A DNA stretch of 64,000 nucleotides, from positions 1,736,001-1,800,000 of the forward strand of contig NEEC01000014.1 in assembly GCA_002189035.1 (NCBI GenBank), read 5' to 3'. Made by a program: the position numbers and the translations under genes. The first letter of the stretch is position 1. Each line of letters begins with the position of its first letter. Below the pieces are notes generated by a model. That model had not been told where the DNA came from. It did not search any database and saw only the letters and a list, made by a program, of their open reading frames with translations. Shown here one piece after another: positions 1-12,620 of the stretch. This DNA comes from Utricularia gibba (lineage: Eukaryota; Plantae; Magnoliophyta).

Positions 1-205
1 CGAATCAGCAACTATAATCCCACACCCTTATTGGGTCCAGGTTGCTCTAGCCATCGTCAATTATCTTCGTTCAAATAATCAAACACCCAAGATGGATTTT
101 AATCACGATTATGTTTCGATTGATCGATATAGCACCAAAATGAGGTTTTGTGCTCCCCACCGCAAATCATTCCATGAGAGACTGCATTTTGGCTTCCTTT
201 TCGGC

Positions 206-1066
206 TTATACCAGTCCCATAATGTCCTGTTCAGATGCTCTGAGTACAGGAATTTTCACACTAGGGGCTCGCACTCTGTGTCTAGATACTTTTCTGGGCA
301 GAAGACAATGTAAGCATTCCAATTTCGATCAATTTCCAGATGATACAGGCGCACCCCGCCTGCATATTCCCCAAGGAGCTTATATGACCTTTCCGTTTCA
401 TCCATTGCTACACATGCCTCTCTCGTGCCTACATTTTGAGCATAGTCAAAAGAAATGGCATTTGAAACAGTAAACTGTGTGGAAGAAGGTTGTCATTACA
501 AGCGGCATGTTCTAGTTGAGTCTGGTAGATGAACTCCAGGACTTGTGAAATCTCTAGCTCGAATTGGTGAAATGGGCCATTCTCAAAGTTCATTTTTCTC
601 AATTTGCAGATGCCTTCTCCAAGTTCCATCATCGCCCCCCTGTGATTCTGTCCCAAAAGAAAAAAAAAGTTGCAGACACTTTCTTGATGATGGATTCAAT
701 CAGAAACGCTACCTGGTTGAAGAGATGATGAAAGCTGACTGCACACTGCAGGATCCCATGTACTAGAGTGCGAGTTGGCTCTTCTGAATCATTCCACAAT
801 GCTTCAAGAACATCATGGCATTTGTAATATTCCCTTCTGTTGAAAAGCGCCACAGCCTCATCGAAGCTGTAAGTTCCTTCATCTTCCTCGTCGTTTTCTT
901 CATCCCTGAACCGAGCCCAGGTCACTACTCGTAGAGCCAGATATCCTAAAAATCGTGATTTTTTGTGTTGGGCATGAAAAGAAGCGAAATTTGAGGGTCT
1001 TCTCAAGGGAATTTTGGCTGACTCTGATGAAGAAATTGGTGGGAAAGAAACTGGAAGAGTAGCCAT
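206..1066 (-). CDS. DUF309 family protein with a probable plastid transit peptide. Three exons (1066-713, 647-500, 428-206); as assembled it stops early at 256-258 because of an apparent -1 frameshift.
   Basis: Motif FNRREYYKCHDVLEALW...HGILQCAV..HHLFNQ|NHRGAMMELGEG. Both introns are GT-AG. The Ser/Arg-rich N-terminus starts at ATG 1066. Confidence 0.8.
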
Positions 1067-1303
1067 TGACGATAACAGAACAAGAACATAGATCTTTTTC
1101 TCCCTTGCCACAAAAAAAAAAAAAGAAGAAATCTTTTAGGGTCTCAATGAAAATTAGCAAACAATGTAGGCATGTAATGTAAAAACAACTGAAAGGCGGT
1201 GCGGAATTAGTAAAACAAAACAATGGAAGGCAGAACTGAAAATCCGACCTATTGCAGAATCAGAGTACTCAGTTCTCACTTCCAGTCGTCACCGCCGAAG
1301 CTC

Positions 1304-2347
1304 ATGGCTTCCGAGAAAGACGCTGCGCATGCGGCTATTCCCTCAGATTCCCCTACCATGTCGTAGATCTTATCCTTATAACTTCCTCTGTTTCTTCGTT
1401 ATTGATGATTTGATTTCTATTCCTAATCTTGTTCTCTCCGATTTCTTGATTCCGTGCAGATTTGACAAGATTATCAGCAAGGAAATTCCCGCCTCTATTG
1501 TGTACGAAGATGAACAGGTTTTTTTTTCGATCCCTCATGATTCTGAATTTGATTTTCAATCTTCGCTTACTGCGAACAGAGGACATGTGCCTTGTTTACA
1601 TCCCACGGAAGATCATCTCCAATGGTTTCCGAAAATCTGGAGTGCCATGTCACTTTTACTATATTTTCGAAAATCTAGTTACTAACAAAGTTCATAGTTG
1701 CTATACATCCAGTGAGAATCTCTTTTACTTCCCGATCTGTTTATGTTGAACAGATGTGGCACTAGGATGCGCATTGTGTTTATTATATGAATCTGCCTGT
1801 GGATGAAATTGTATGTGTACTTATTCTCAAGGGCGAACCTTTCTTGCTTAGGTGCTTGCTTTCAGGGACATATCTCCCCAAGCTCCGGTTCACATTATTC
1901 TTATTCCTAAAGTGAAGGATGGACTGACTGGGCTGGCAAAGGTATGAACACTATGCGTCTGATGACTTGGTTTCACTATTGTGTCATCTGTGCAAATCTT
2001 TCATCTGAAGATTCATCGTACTATGAGCCGTGAGCAGAGCATGCTCATCAATATTGTGCTAGTTTATCCTGTTCCTTGATTGATCACAGGCAGAGGAAAA
2101 GCACTGCAAGATACTGGGGCGTCTTCTCTACACTGCTAAGGTTGTTGCAAGGCAAGAGGGCCTGGAGAAGGGCTTCCGGCTCGTAATCAATGATGGTCCT
2201 GATGGATGTGAGTAGGCAGAGATGGTAGCGTTGAACTTACATGTTGTTTCATGTTCCTAGCTGAAATTTCATCTTGCAGGCCAATCTGTGTACCATCTCC
2301 ATGTTCACCTCCTCGGAGGGCGCCAAATGAACTGGCCGCCCGGCTGA
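1304..2347 (+). CDS. HINT1: Histidine triad nucleotide-binding protein (HINT1 / 14 kDa zinc-binding protein). Five exons (1304-1359, 1460-1517, 1852-1941, 2090-2207, 2280-2347).
   Basis: Spliced product MASEKDAAHAAIPSDSPTIFDKIISKEIP...[23 protein letters not shown] contains the HxHxH triad. All introns are GT-AG. Confidence 0.95.
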
Positions 2348-3475
2348 TCTAAGCCATCGAGCGCCTGCCCGTCGACCCGAAGTTATGGTCTTTTTTGCCA
2401 GTTTGGTGAACTAGAAGTCTGCTTTAGAATTTGACATCTCGTAACTGCCTACTTTGAATGCATCGCGGCCACCCACTGCGACAACGAAAAATGGAACTGG
2501 GAGCTAGAAAACACAACATTTGGAAGAGTATTTCTGAAACCCAAAAATAACTCATGTTTTTACAGAGCCTTGAGCGATCTACTTCGGAAGCCCGAGGCTC
2601 CAAGAGAAGCAGTCATAGGGCCTAGAGGATATGGGTCAGAACTGGTGAATTGGATGTGTGTGCATCTCTTGAAAGAAGCCAGTGCAGAGTATGCTGTTTT
2701 CTTTGAGAAATGCTCCCTTGGCAAATAGAAACTACAATTGCCTTCGGGTCGTGGCGGCATTCATGAGGTACAAGGAGAATGCTTCAAGGGCGAAGCAAAA
2801 GGCAAAATCTTGTAACTGTTGGGGACTGAGATCAGTCCGATTCTATTATATATTTGTTGTATTATGTGTATCCAACATATTACACTGAAAGTGAGGATTA
2901 CGAAATGGCGATTGATAGATTGATACATGTAAGAAAAACAACAAAGAAATAGTCTTTCGACTTGGGTATAACTGCTTAAACCTGATGGGAAGACCACAGG
3001 CCTGTGGTCTCTTTTTCGAGTGTTTTTTTTAAAGATTTGGGTCCCTTTTTCACTTTTGGCCGGCCGGCCGCCCTGTTGACAAAAGATGTTGGATTGGATC
3101 AGCAGCTTGCTCTGCGTGTCTGCATCTTGACGAGGACAAGGAAATTCAAATGAAAAAGAACAATCAAGATCATCGGAAAGAAATCAAGATCGTGTTTTCA
3201 GCTGGTGCGTCACTCTTTTTCGATCATGGTCTTCTAATTTTTCTTCTCTTTCTCTGCGTAACTGGAGGTGGGGTTATGGGATACTGATTTGTCCTTGTTT
3301 CCATTGTTATTTTTGGGCATTGGGAGAACTGGGTGATCTTGAATTCGCATCTTCACACTTGTTTCTAGATGATCTTCTCGATCATGTCTCTGCGATGCAG
3401 AACATTACAAGACATTCTTAAGGAGCTGGGTCGCAGATTTTGAGAGCATTGCTCATTGGCGCGAGTAGAAGAAAA

Positions 3476-6400
3476 ATGGATAGCAAGGGAGTGGGTATTG
3501 TAGTTAAGATGATGAAAGGTGCAGCCTTTGCTATCAGGTTATGCTTTCGAAAAGTTTGTGATCATCCGCTCCTTGTGGGCATGCTATGTTTCTTGATTTA
3601 TCTGTACGTATCATTTCCACTCTTTTTCTCATGGTTGTTGGCCGTTTCCCCTGTCCTTGTGTGTACTGCCATTTTGCTTGGAGTACTTTTGAGTTATGGT
3701 GAACCGAATTTCCCTCAAGTACATGTCGAAGAGAGGAAAACTCATGACTCGGCTGCAGTGAAAATTGGGCTGACAAAGGATTCTTCTATCGGTGAGGAAA
3801 GTGAAGGGTTATATATAGAGAGACTTAGCAAGGAACCAATTATGCAATCCGATTATAGGTTTGGTGGTGATATTGGAGAGGAATATTCCAGTGATGCAGA
3901 TTTCGTGGCCAAGGAAAGGTCACAAGAAGTTGATTTCAGTGATATTGAAAGCATTGGTGCAAAAGTTGAGGTCGATGATCTACGGTGCAAAGATGGCGAT
4001 AGTGAGAGTGCAGCTTTGGACAATGATTATGGCTTTGTGAAGTTGAATGATGAGCCTGAGTCAGGTGATGAGAAATCTGAATGTGATTCGTTTGACTCCG
4101 AGAGAGTAAATGTTGATTCTCTTGATTCTCTTCCTCGATCCCCATGGAGAAGATTTGAAGAGGTGGGTGATGAAGAGATAGAAGTGCTCGTTGAGAAGCA
4201 TCAGAGAGAGGAAGAGGAAGAGGAGGAGGACGATGCGTATGACTCAGAGAGCGATCATGCTGAGGGGTCCTCTCCGGATGCTTCCATGGCTGACATTTTG
4301 CCGATGCTCGATGAGCTCCACCCCTTATTAGATGAAGAGACTCCTCAACCTATTGAGGTGGCTCATGGAGACTCTGATGCAGCATCAGAGAGATCATCGA
4401 AATTGAGCTCTACTGGTAACTCGGATGCAGAGATAGAAAATCACGAAGACTTGGAAGTTGCAGATGAAGAGAATGAAGATGTTCAAGGAGAAAATGAAGA
4501 GCAGACAAAATCTGCCATAACTTGGACAGAAGAGGACCAGAAGAATCTCATGGATCTTGGAAGTTCAGAGATTGAAAGGAATCAAAGGTTGGAGAATTTG
4601 ATCATGAGGAGGAGAGCCAGGAAAACTATCAGTATTCATGAAAGGAACTTGATAGACTTGGAGACATACAGTATTCCCTATGGGATTGCTCCCATTTCAA
4701 CAAAAAGACAAAATCCCTTTGATGTACCTAATGATCTTGTTGATAGTTCTGGTCTACCTCATGTACCTGGCTCAGCTCCTTCTGTCTTGTTAAATAGGCG
4801 GAATCCGTTCGACATTCCTTATGACTCAGGTGAGGAGAAGCCTAATCTTGGAGCAGATGATTTCCATGAGGAGTTTATGACACTTCATCCAAAGGATCCA
4901 GTTTTCAGAAGGCACGAGAGTTTTAATGTTGGTCCATCCATTTTTGCACTCAACAGGCAGGAAGCCAAGATGCGTCCTTATTTTGTTCCAGAGCGGACTT
5001 TTGGTGAAGATTCTTCTTCCTATTCTTCATTTCAGAGACAGTTGAGTGAAATTTCCGAGTCCAAGGTGAGCTCTATCCCTGAAACTGAGTCACCTGGTTC
5101 GGTTGAGGATATGGAAGAGAAAAGCCTTGAGGCAGAGGCAGAGGCAGAAGGGAAAGAAGTTACTGATGCACATATCATTTCTCTAGTTGCAGAGGATGAG
5201 ATCCCGGTAATGGATGCAGTCATTAAGGAGTTACCATCAACAGAACCGGTGCTTATTTCCCGACTTGGAGAAGTATCAGAAGATGTGCAAGGCCTCGAGA
5301 TGGCTGATGTTACTGAGCATGTTGGCCATGGAAGTCAGTCTTCATCTGCTTCTGATGATGAAGATTCATCAGAGGCAGCTCCATTTCAAGAGACGGTCAC
5401 TAAAGCATATCATGGTCAGCAAGATAATGTCATACAATCTATCGCGGTCTCAGAATCTGTTTTTATCCATTCAAGCTCTTCATCTATTTCAGAAGAAAGA
5501 GAGAGGGTCATTGATGAAAAAGAAAGTGGACCTGCAATTTTTGTGCAGGAAAGAGATGTTCCTGCTGAAGAGCGAGTTATTGATATCCAAGCTCCGGTAA
5601 ATATTGCAAGTGTATGTGCTGAAGATACTCAACAAAGAGAGCCAATTTATGATTCCAGCCCCCGAGAAGTCAGCAAGAGCTTGTCATCATCTTCAATGTC
5701 TTCTGATGTCCATCTGGAAGTGGATAATGGATTGCCTCCTGTATCAGTTAATGGAACATTGACGGTTGTTGAGAAGAGGAGTGAAGAGAACACTCAACAG
5801 GTAAAGGCAGAAGTTGATTGCAGGGATGAGGGGTACCCTGAGTCAAGAATTACAAATTCAGAAAATGAATCCAATCCGGCTATTCTTGGTGTCGTCATTC
5901 CAAGAGAGAGTGAAAACATGGGCAGTGCTTTTTCAGAGGTTGGTGACAGATCCAAAAGTGAAAGTATTTCTGCTCATATTAATCAGGCTATGCCCACTTC
6001 AATAGTTCAAACCGGATCATCTTTTGAAGCACCAGGAGAGGCAAGTCTCATGGATAATCATGAATCACGCATAGTTACTAACTCAATAACCGATAGTAAT
6101 GTTCAGAGTCTGGATGTTCAACTTGATAAGAAACCACCACTCTCTGAAAAAGATTGTGCAGAAGTTGGTGTCCAGCCATTTGAAAGGGAAGCGAGTGAAG
6201 ATGCCATCAAGTCACCAAATTCTGATGCAGATGTTTACCATGAAGCTTCAGAAAAGTTTGTCACTACACCTTCTGCCAAAGGAAATATCTCACTCTTTTA
6301 TGACAAGGCATTACTCGGACATAGATTTATTCATCTGAACGAACGTAAGGTTAGTTAATATTCTCATGAAAACCGAACATGTCGTTTCCATTTTCTTGGC

Positions 6401-7076
6401 ACGAAGTTGTAATGGATGCATATTCTTAACCTCTATGTGAGATTTTTTTTTTCACATTCCTGACCTATGAAATGCAGGCATCTTCCGAAGCTGTTCCATC
6501 AAATCAGAAATCTGATTTTCCCCTTATCCAAGAGCTTGATCAAGACCTCTCATTAAATGGCAACCCCCATTGAGTCCTGACTCCATTTCCTTTCCTTCAG
6601 CAGTCTCGGATATGACTAATTCTCATATGGATCTTCAGACAGCAGTCAATGACACAGATCGAATTACAGAAATTGATGGTCTGTTGTCTGAGCTTGACCA
6701 TGTTGGGGACTTCAGCATCAAACAACACATGCCAAGTTCAAGTGTATCTGAGAAACAGTGTGATACTATCGAGGGCTCACTCATTGCTGGGACGGCAACT
6801 TCAGAAGGTGCAAATTTACCAGTGGATCAAGAGTTAGATGGTGCTGACAAGGATAAAGGACTGAAACTGAAGCCTGATGTCAATCAAATAGAAGAGGTAG
6901 CTTCTTCCGAGGTGAAATCAGCCAGTCTCCCAGTATCCGCGGATTCTGACCAGGAAGTCAGAAGTCCAAAGGAATCACATTCAGCTTCAACGCCCTCTAA
7001 GGCAAATGGAAAAAGCTCTACTTCAATCTCAAGTAGCAGCTCCGATTCAAATTCAAGTGATTCGGACAACGATTGA
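3476..7076 (+). CDS. Large acidic Glu/Ser-rich protein with an N-terminal hydrophobic/TM segment (At5g17910-like, function unknown). Exons 3476-6349 and 6478-7076, with an apparent frameshift at 6564-6568.
   Basis: The 972-aa ORF carries family motifs DGSSPDASMADILPMLDELHPLL, WTEEDQKNLMDLGSSEIERNQRLENLIMRRRARK and FRRHESFNVG. The downstream ORF has LLSELDHVGDFSIK. Confidence 0.75.
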
Positions 7077-7811
7077 GAATTCTACAACTATCCATATCCT
7101 CCATTCTGTTCTTCCTTATTTATTTTTGTTGAACTTTGTGTGTGCCATTTGTTCGAAAGGCAAGGTTTTGCGTCTTCAGGAATGCGTTTTCTTCTGAGTT
7201 CTTGAAGATGAGGTTTGGAAATTCTTTTTCTTCCCAGAGGAAAAGTCATCTCTTGGTCACATCAAGTTTTTGCTGTTACCCCGGACTTTGAGACCCTGTG
7301 TGCATTGCATTGCCGGAGGTTGGACATTTCTCTTGTGCATATGAATGAAACTGGACTCTTGCCTCTCTTTGTCACTACTCTGTTTTACAAAAGTAAGTTG
7401 AGTTTATAGCTCACAAACTAAAAAGCTCAAGTCTTCAAATCTGCAATCCCCAAGGGGGGGGTGGAAAAACATCGACAAGATTTCACCTTTCACTGGTTTT
7501 TCGACCATTTCTTTCCACACAAACTAGTGCAGAGCCCCTCTTCCTTCTGTTCTCCCGAAACGACGTCGTCCACATTCTCTTCCACGCTGCTCACCTTCCC
7601 GTAGTGCTGTTGGCTGCCGAGTGGGAAGTGGGGAGATGAAGTATCCAATAAATATCTGGAGCTGTCAACGTACCAGTGCGAGTACTCTATTCTTTTTTCT
7701 TTAATTTATTTATGTTTTAATTCGAAGCGAAAGAGAAAAAGAGGTTTGGCCCAGAGCAGAGACTGTAGACAGCCAACCGAGAGATATCCCTCGAGTTCAG
7801 CCTAGCTAAAA

Positions 7812-8748
7812 ATGGCGGATCAACTCACCGATGACCAGATCTCTGAGTTCAAGGAAGCATTCAGCCTTTTCGACAAGGATGGCGACGGTAGAATCCGACT
7901 TTTTTTCACTTTTGTTTGAATTTTCTCGTCAGATCTGACTGAGTGCATTTCAGTTTTTTTTTTTTTTTTGGATTGGGGGTGCTACCTTGTGTACTGGTCA
8001 TTTTGTTTTTGTTAATTCGTTCATAGATTTCAGAGTTTTCCCTGGAACTGAAAGGTGTCTGCCATTGTTTGTGTGAATTAGCAGCTAGGACTATTTGCAA
8101 ATGATTCTTATTGTCTTGCTAATGAAGTGCCTGCTTTGTATCCCTAGCCTTAGTTGTATTTTCTGTTACTAGGCAATGGATCATGTATTCAAAATTCTAT
8201 TTTTTGGATCGGTACAATTGTTTAAAATCGAAACACACCTGAACACTACAAACAGTAGGGATGAATGAATTCTTGGGATCATAAGTGGAAAAACCGACTT
8301 GTGTTTTTGAGATTGATGGATTGATTTTGGGATAAATATATGAAGCATCACTGACCCTGGACGTTTCTGGACAGGTTGCATCACCACCAAGGAACTTGGA
8401 ACAGTGATGAGGTCCTTGGGGCAGAATCCAACTGAGGCCGAGCTGCAGGATATGATCAATGAAGTGGATGCAGATGGCAATGGTACCATTGACTTCCCAG
8501 AATTTCTGAACCTCATGGCGAGGAAAATGAAGGATACTGACTCCGATGAGGAGCTAAAGGAGGCATTCCGTGTGTTTGACAAGGATCAAAATGGCTTCAT
8601 CTCGGCTGCTGAGCTGCGCCATGTCATGACAAACCTTGGAGAGAAGCTGACTGATGAGGAAGTGGATGAAATGATCAGGGAAGCAGATGTTGATGGTGAT
8701 GGGCAAATCAATTATGAAGAGTTTGTCAAGATCATGATGGCCAAGTGA
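7812..8748 (+). CDS. CAM: Calmodulin, 149 aa. Exons 7812-7887 and 8375-8748.
   Basis: [26 protein letters not shown]|[30 protein letters not shown]... with four EF-hands and the canonical plant intron position at Gly25. Confidence 0.98.
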
Positions 8749-9329
8749 GTTGAGATGGAGCCTTTTTTTCAGGGACTGAAACCTTTCTTGATGAGTTTTG
8801 CTCTTCTGGCCCCCTTGTTGTCCCATCTCAGGAACTGTAGAGTTTATGTTCTTGTGCTCTCTCTTATCAGTCTTATCATCAGTTTGGGAATGACATTCAT
8901 TATGCCGTTAACTCCATATTTCTTCACCATTTCTTGCTGGAATCAGGAACATGGTGCCTTGATCTCACCACTGTAGGGATGTCATTTTGGAGTCAAAAAA
9001 ATGTCGTTCAAGTAACATTTTCGCCAACCAAATATGGTTTTTACATAAGCTCAAGGGGCACGTTTGCTTTAGAGTTGCTTAAGTTTTTTGATTGTCGAGT
9101 CAATCATTTCAAATTTCAAACATAAACACGATGACAAATAAGGATTATTGCAGCAGATTCAAGCAACAGATAGTGTGATGCATTATGCCATCATTACACT
9201 TCCCAAACAGTATGCTAAAATTTGCATCTTAAGAAATGATAAAGAAGGATTATTGCCAAAAGTCTGAAACAAAACAAGTTCCTCAAACCACGAGGAAATA
9301 GTTGGAGCGGTTATTCTCTATGGGAGCAG

Positions 9330-9524
9330 TTAATCCTCTGCCGCAACCACACTGACTTCACCCTTATCGTACATATCATAAAACTCCTTGGTTTTCCTCT
9401 GCAGATTCCAGTGGTACATCTTCCACACGCTTCCAGCAGCAATCCCCAGTGTTATACCAATGAGTATCTCCTTCACCACACTTGGACCTTTCAAAGTAGC
9501 ATGAGCAACTCTAGAGCCAGCCAT
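9330..9524 (-). CDS. COX5C: Cytochrome c oxidase subunit 5C, 64 aa
   Basis: MAGSRVAHATLKGPSVVKEILIGITLGIAAGSVWKMYHWNLQRKTKEFY matches the plant COX Vc sequence pattern. Confidence 0.93.
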   Translation of the reverse strand: MAGSRVAHATLKGPSVVKEILIGITLGIAAGSVWKMYHWNLQRKTKEFYDMYDKGEVSVVAAED

Positions 9525-9528
9525 TTTA

Positions 9529-10179
9529 CTTCACAAGGAAACCAGAATGACATTTCCAAAAATCAACTCCATGATAATAAGTAAAAACTAGCCAATGAAC
9601 AATCAGTACAAGTAGAGAACTCAGCTTTCTAGCATGGATGCTACTGCCAAAATGATCCCACCAACGTATATTTCCTACATCTCGATTAGTTAAGCGTAAA
9701 GAGTAAAATCCAAGACCATTGATTGTCACTGCTCATCCCAAAATAACCTATTTATCTAGCCTCCTGAATTCATTAAATCATAACTAAACATCATGTCACA
9801 TGCTGCATATACCTTAACCCAAAAAAAAAAAAAAAAAAAAAACGCTGTAGAGGCAAATTTGACGATCAATTGTTCTCTGGATGAGTCCATCTCAATGGAA
9901 CATCCATTTCCTTGCATCCTTTACCCCCTTCTTACATACTAACCATTAGCTAACCCTATCAACCACTTTTGACCCAATAACCGGTGGCTTGTAGAGAAGA
10001 TATAAACGCGATCGAATGTAAACAAGGAGCAAGGATGCTACCCATCAGTCACAAATCTCATGTCTGAACTCGAATACAAAAAAAAAAAAAAAAAAAATCA
10101 AACCACCACATACCCCGACACAATTGCCTCCCTTGGCAAAACGTAATCGGAATAACTCGAAATGGAAGCGGTGTCGTAC
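9529..10179 (-). other. Probable 5' UTR (leader) intron of COX5C
   Basis: Minus-strand donor AG|GTACGA at 10179 and acceptor GAAG|TAAAATG just before the ATG, with a U-rich interior. Plant COX5c genes are known to carry a leader intron. Confidence 0.55.
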
Positions 10180-10717
10180 CTTCTCCTACAAAACGCAGAA
10201 ACCCAGCGGAATCTGGAGCAAGCCCTTTTCAATAAAAAACTGCGATGGCGATGACGACAATTTTGAGATCTGTAAAAGCCCTATTCGGACCACTAGCCTT
10301 TCGAATGGATTTTCCGATACTTTATAAATATTAAATATTTATAATTATTAATAAATTATTTCCGCTTTATGTTGGTGCTATTTTGATGGCATACTATCTG
10401 GCGATGGCGCCTGGCTTCATTTGGAACGGTCGGAAAAGTTGGCGGAGACAATTTCCCTCGCTCTTCCGATTGCTGTTTATCGTTCACTCTCACTCCGGTA
10501 AAGCATCTCTAAGGAAAGATTCGGTGGCCTGGCATTTCCATATTTAGCAGACATATGGGGAGGAAGATCAGTAATATTCGCTGGTCTAGGTATCTGATTT
10601 TGTACGCCTAGGTCCTGTTTCTGTGCCATTTTTCGTTCCGGCTTCCATGATGTCGGGTTTGAAGTTATGGGAATCATAATTTCCATTGAAGAAGTGTTGA
10701 GATGCACAATGAGAACT

Positions 10718-12620
10718 TTTGATTCTGGGGCATCCTCTGCTCATAGTTCCCATTTTCCCCGTTCGTGTGTTCTATTGGCGGTTATTTAAGCTGTAGTTGA
10801 AAGAAAAGATTGTTTTTCTGTTTAGGTAACACTACCTTGTTTGGAATATCTCAGCATAAAAACTGAAAGTATGAGAACCATAAATTTTGGGTAGAGCTCT
10901 TAACATGATGATCTTCAGTCACTTGGCTTGACCACTTCCACATCTTGCAGAGGATTTGGGGGCATTACCTGTATGGTTGTCCACTGGTACTCCGTTTTTT
11001 TTTTTTTTTTTGACATTTTTCTGTATACCCTTTCTTCAACAGCGTGTTGTATTTTTCAGTTTTCTGTGTTCAGTTGTATTTTTACTTCTTTTTAATTTTC
11101 AACTGTTCTCAGGAATCGCCCATGGGGAAAAAATTGATACTACTCTTACCTCACCTGTTGTACAGGTTAGATCAACTACCTTAACTAAACCTCCATTAAT
11201 TATTATCATTTCCTACAAAATTCTCAATTATGAATTTTGTGCATTCTACTTGTCAAACTTTCGGAGGCTTTGCATGGTATTGACCTCTGTAGGGGTCCTG
11301 GTACTGCAAAGTGACCTCTTTCCGAGCGACCATGCAACACCATGGACCCTTTGACCTGCATCATGTCGCAGTTAGTAACGAAGATTGTCCCTTCCTGCAT
11401 TACAAGGGTACGCCGTAGAATAGTTTTTCAGTTCTCAAGTGAGTTGAATAGAAGACATATAACTCCTGCCATCTCCTTACTCCGTGTAATTAATGCAAAA
11501 AGTTCTATCATGCTGTAAAAGAAACATATCTGGATATCAAAATTATTACAGCCTATGACGGTTCTTCAAAACCTCTAGCGTCCAGCCCATCTTTATGATT
11601 ACCACGTAATCGCGAACTTTGGAAATCTTTCAGCTGTCCCAATTACTTTTTTTGTCTCAATTTTTAACCCTACTGCATTTTCTATGATTACAGAGGTTTT
11701 GCAATTCAACTAGAATGTTTAATGCTGCCATATTTTTTATGCAAGCAATTTCACAGTTCTAGCTGCTCTTGCTGAAGCTGCTTTCCTGATTGGTTTGAAA
11801 GAAATAGCTAACTATATTCCGTTTCAATTAACAAAACCTCCTTTCTAAAAATCTGGTGGCTTTTAGATAACCATCATGTGCATGTCTTTTTCGCAGTCAT
11901 GCTGTGATGCCAGCCAGCTCTGTTTGTAAATGGAAACGACCAACGGTATGTTTGTCCAGGAGTCTTATCGAACCTTTGTTTCTTCAGGTTCTCATCTGAA
12001 TAACGAAGCACAGGTCTTTCCTTTGTTCAGATGCTCTCCACCTTTGTTTTCAACTCATTCTAGGCATATGGGATCCCGATTTATTGGATGCAGCACTTCT
12101 TAATCAAATCAAACGGTGCCATGCTTCTCAGTTCTCGCCTTGAATTCAACCCTTCAAAAAAGCTCATTGTTTCTGCCATAACTTTGAAAAGCTCCGTTGC
12201 GGAATAACATCTTAAAATCAACGCCCGCTTCTAGATTTTCCAGAAAAGGAGCCCCTTCTTCACATTCAGCAACTCATGTTACATGAATCATCATGCAGGT
12301 GGTGAACTATGGTTCTAATACAGTGAAGCTCCAGGTATCCATCCCATGTTTGCATGAAAACACTACAGAAGCCTTCACGGTTACAAGGACTGTACTGGAA
12401 TCCTACGATGTGATGGATGAGAATTCTTTTTCCCACTCCAGCAAGTTGAGCATTTTCTTATTTTCTTTTCTTTTTTTTGTGTTTTTTGCTGGGCTGACGT
12501 TCGATTTTTTTTTTTTTTCTTACAGGTAGTACCAGTGCAGTCAGTTATCGAAAATCTAGTCATGAAATGGAGTTTTTAGTTTCTTCATATTCACTAACTT
12601 CATTTGCCTTGGTGCCTTCA
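10718..12620 (+). pseudogene. Degenerate tandem copy of a GH51 alpha-L-arabinofuranosidase (ASD1/ARAF1-like)
   Basis: Exon remnants are collinear with the intact gene: LAEDLGALPVW (about 10946), GIAHGEKIDTTLTSPVVQ (11113-11165), EALHGIDLCRGPGTAK* (TGA), AYGIPIYWMQHF...SVAE* (TAA), VVNYGSNTVKL...VMDENSF. It also has frameshifts and a lost GT donor. Confidence 0.88.

Noticed and set aside
9820-10097. Long poly(A) runs as retroposon tails
   Set aside because: They are U-tracts in the minus-strand COX5C leader intron, with no SINE body or target-site duplication. Similar runs occur in many introns here.
11264-12460. GH51 pseudogene lesions as sequencing error
   Set aside because: They include substitution-derived stops, a lost splice donor and a multi-exon deletion, unlike the single homopolymer indels seen elsewhere.
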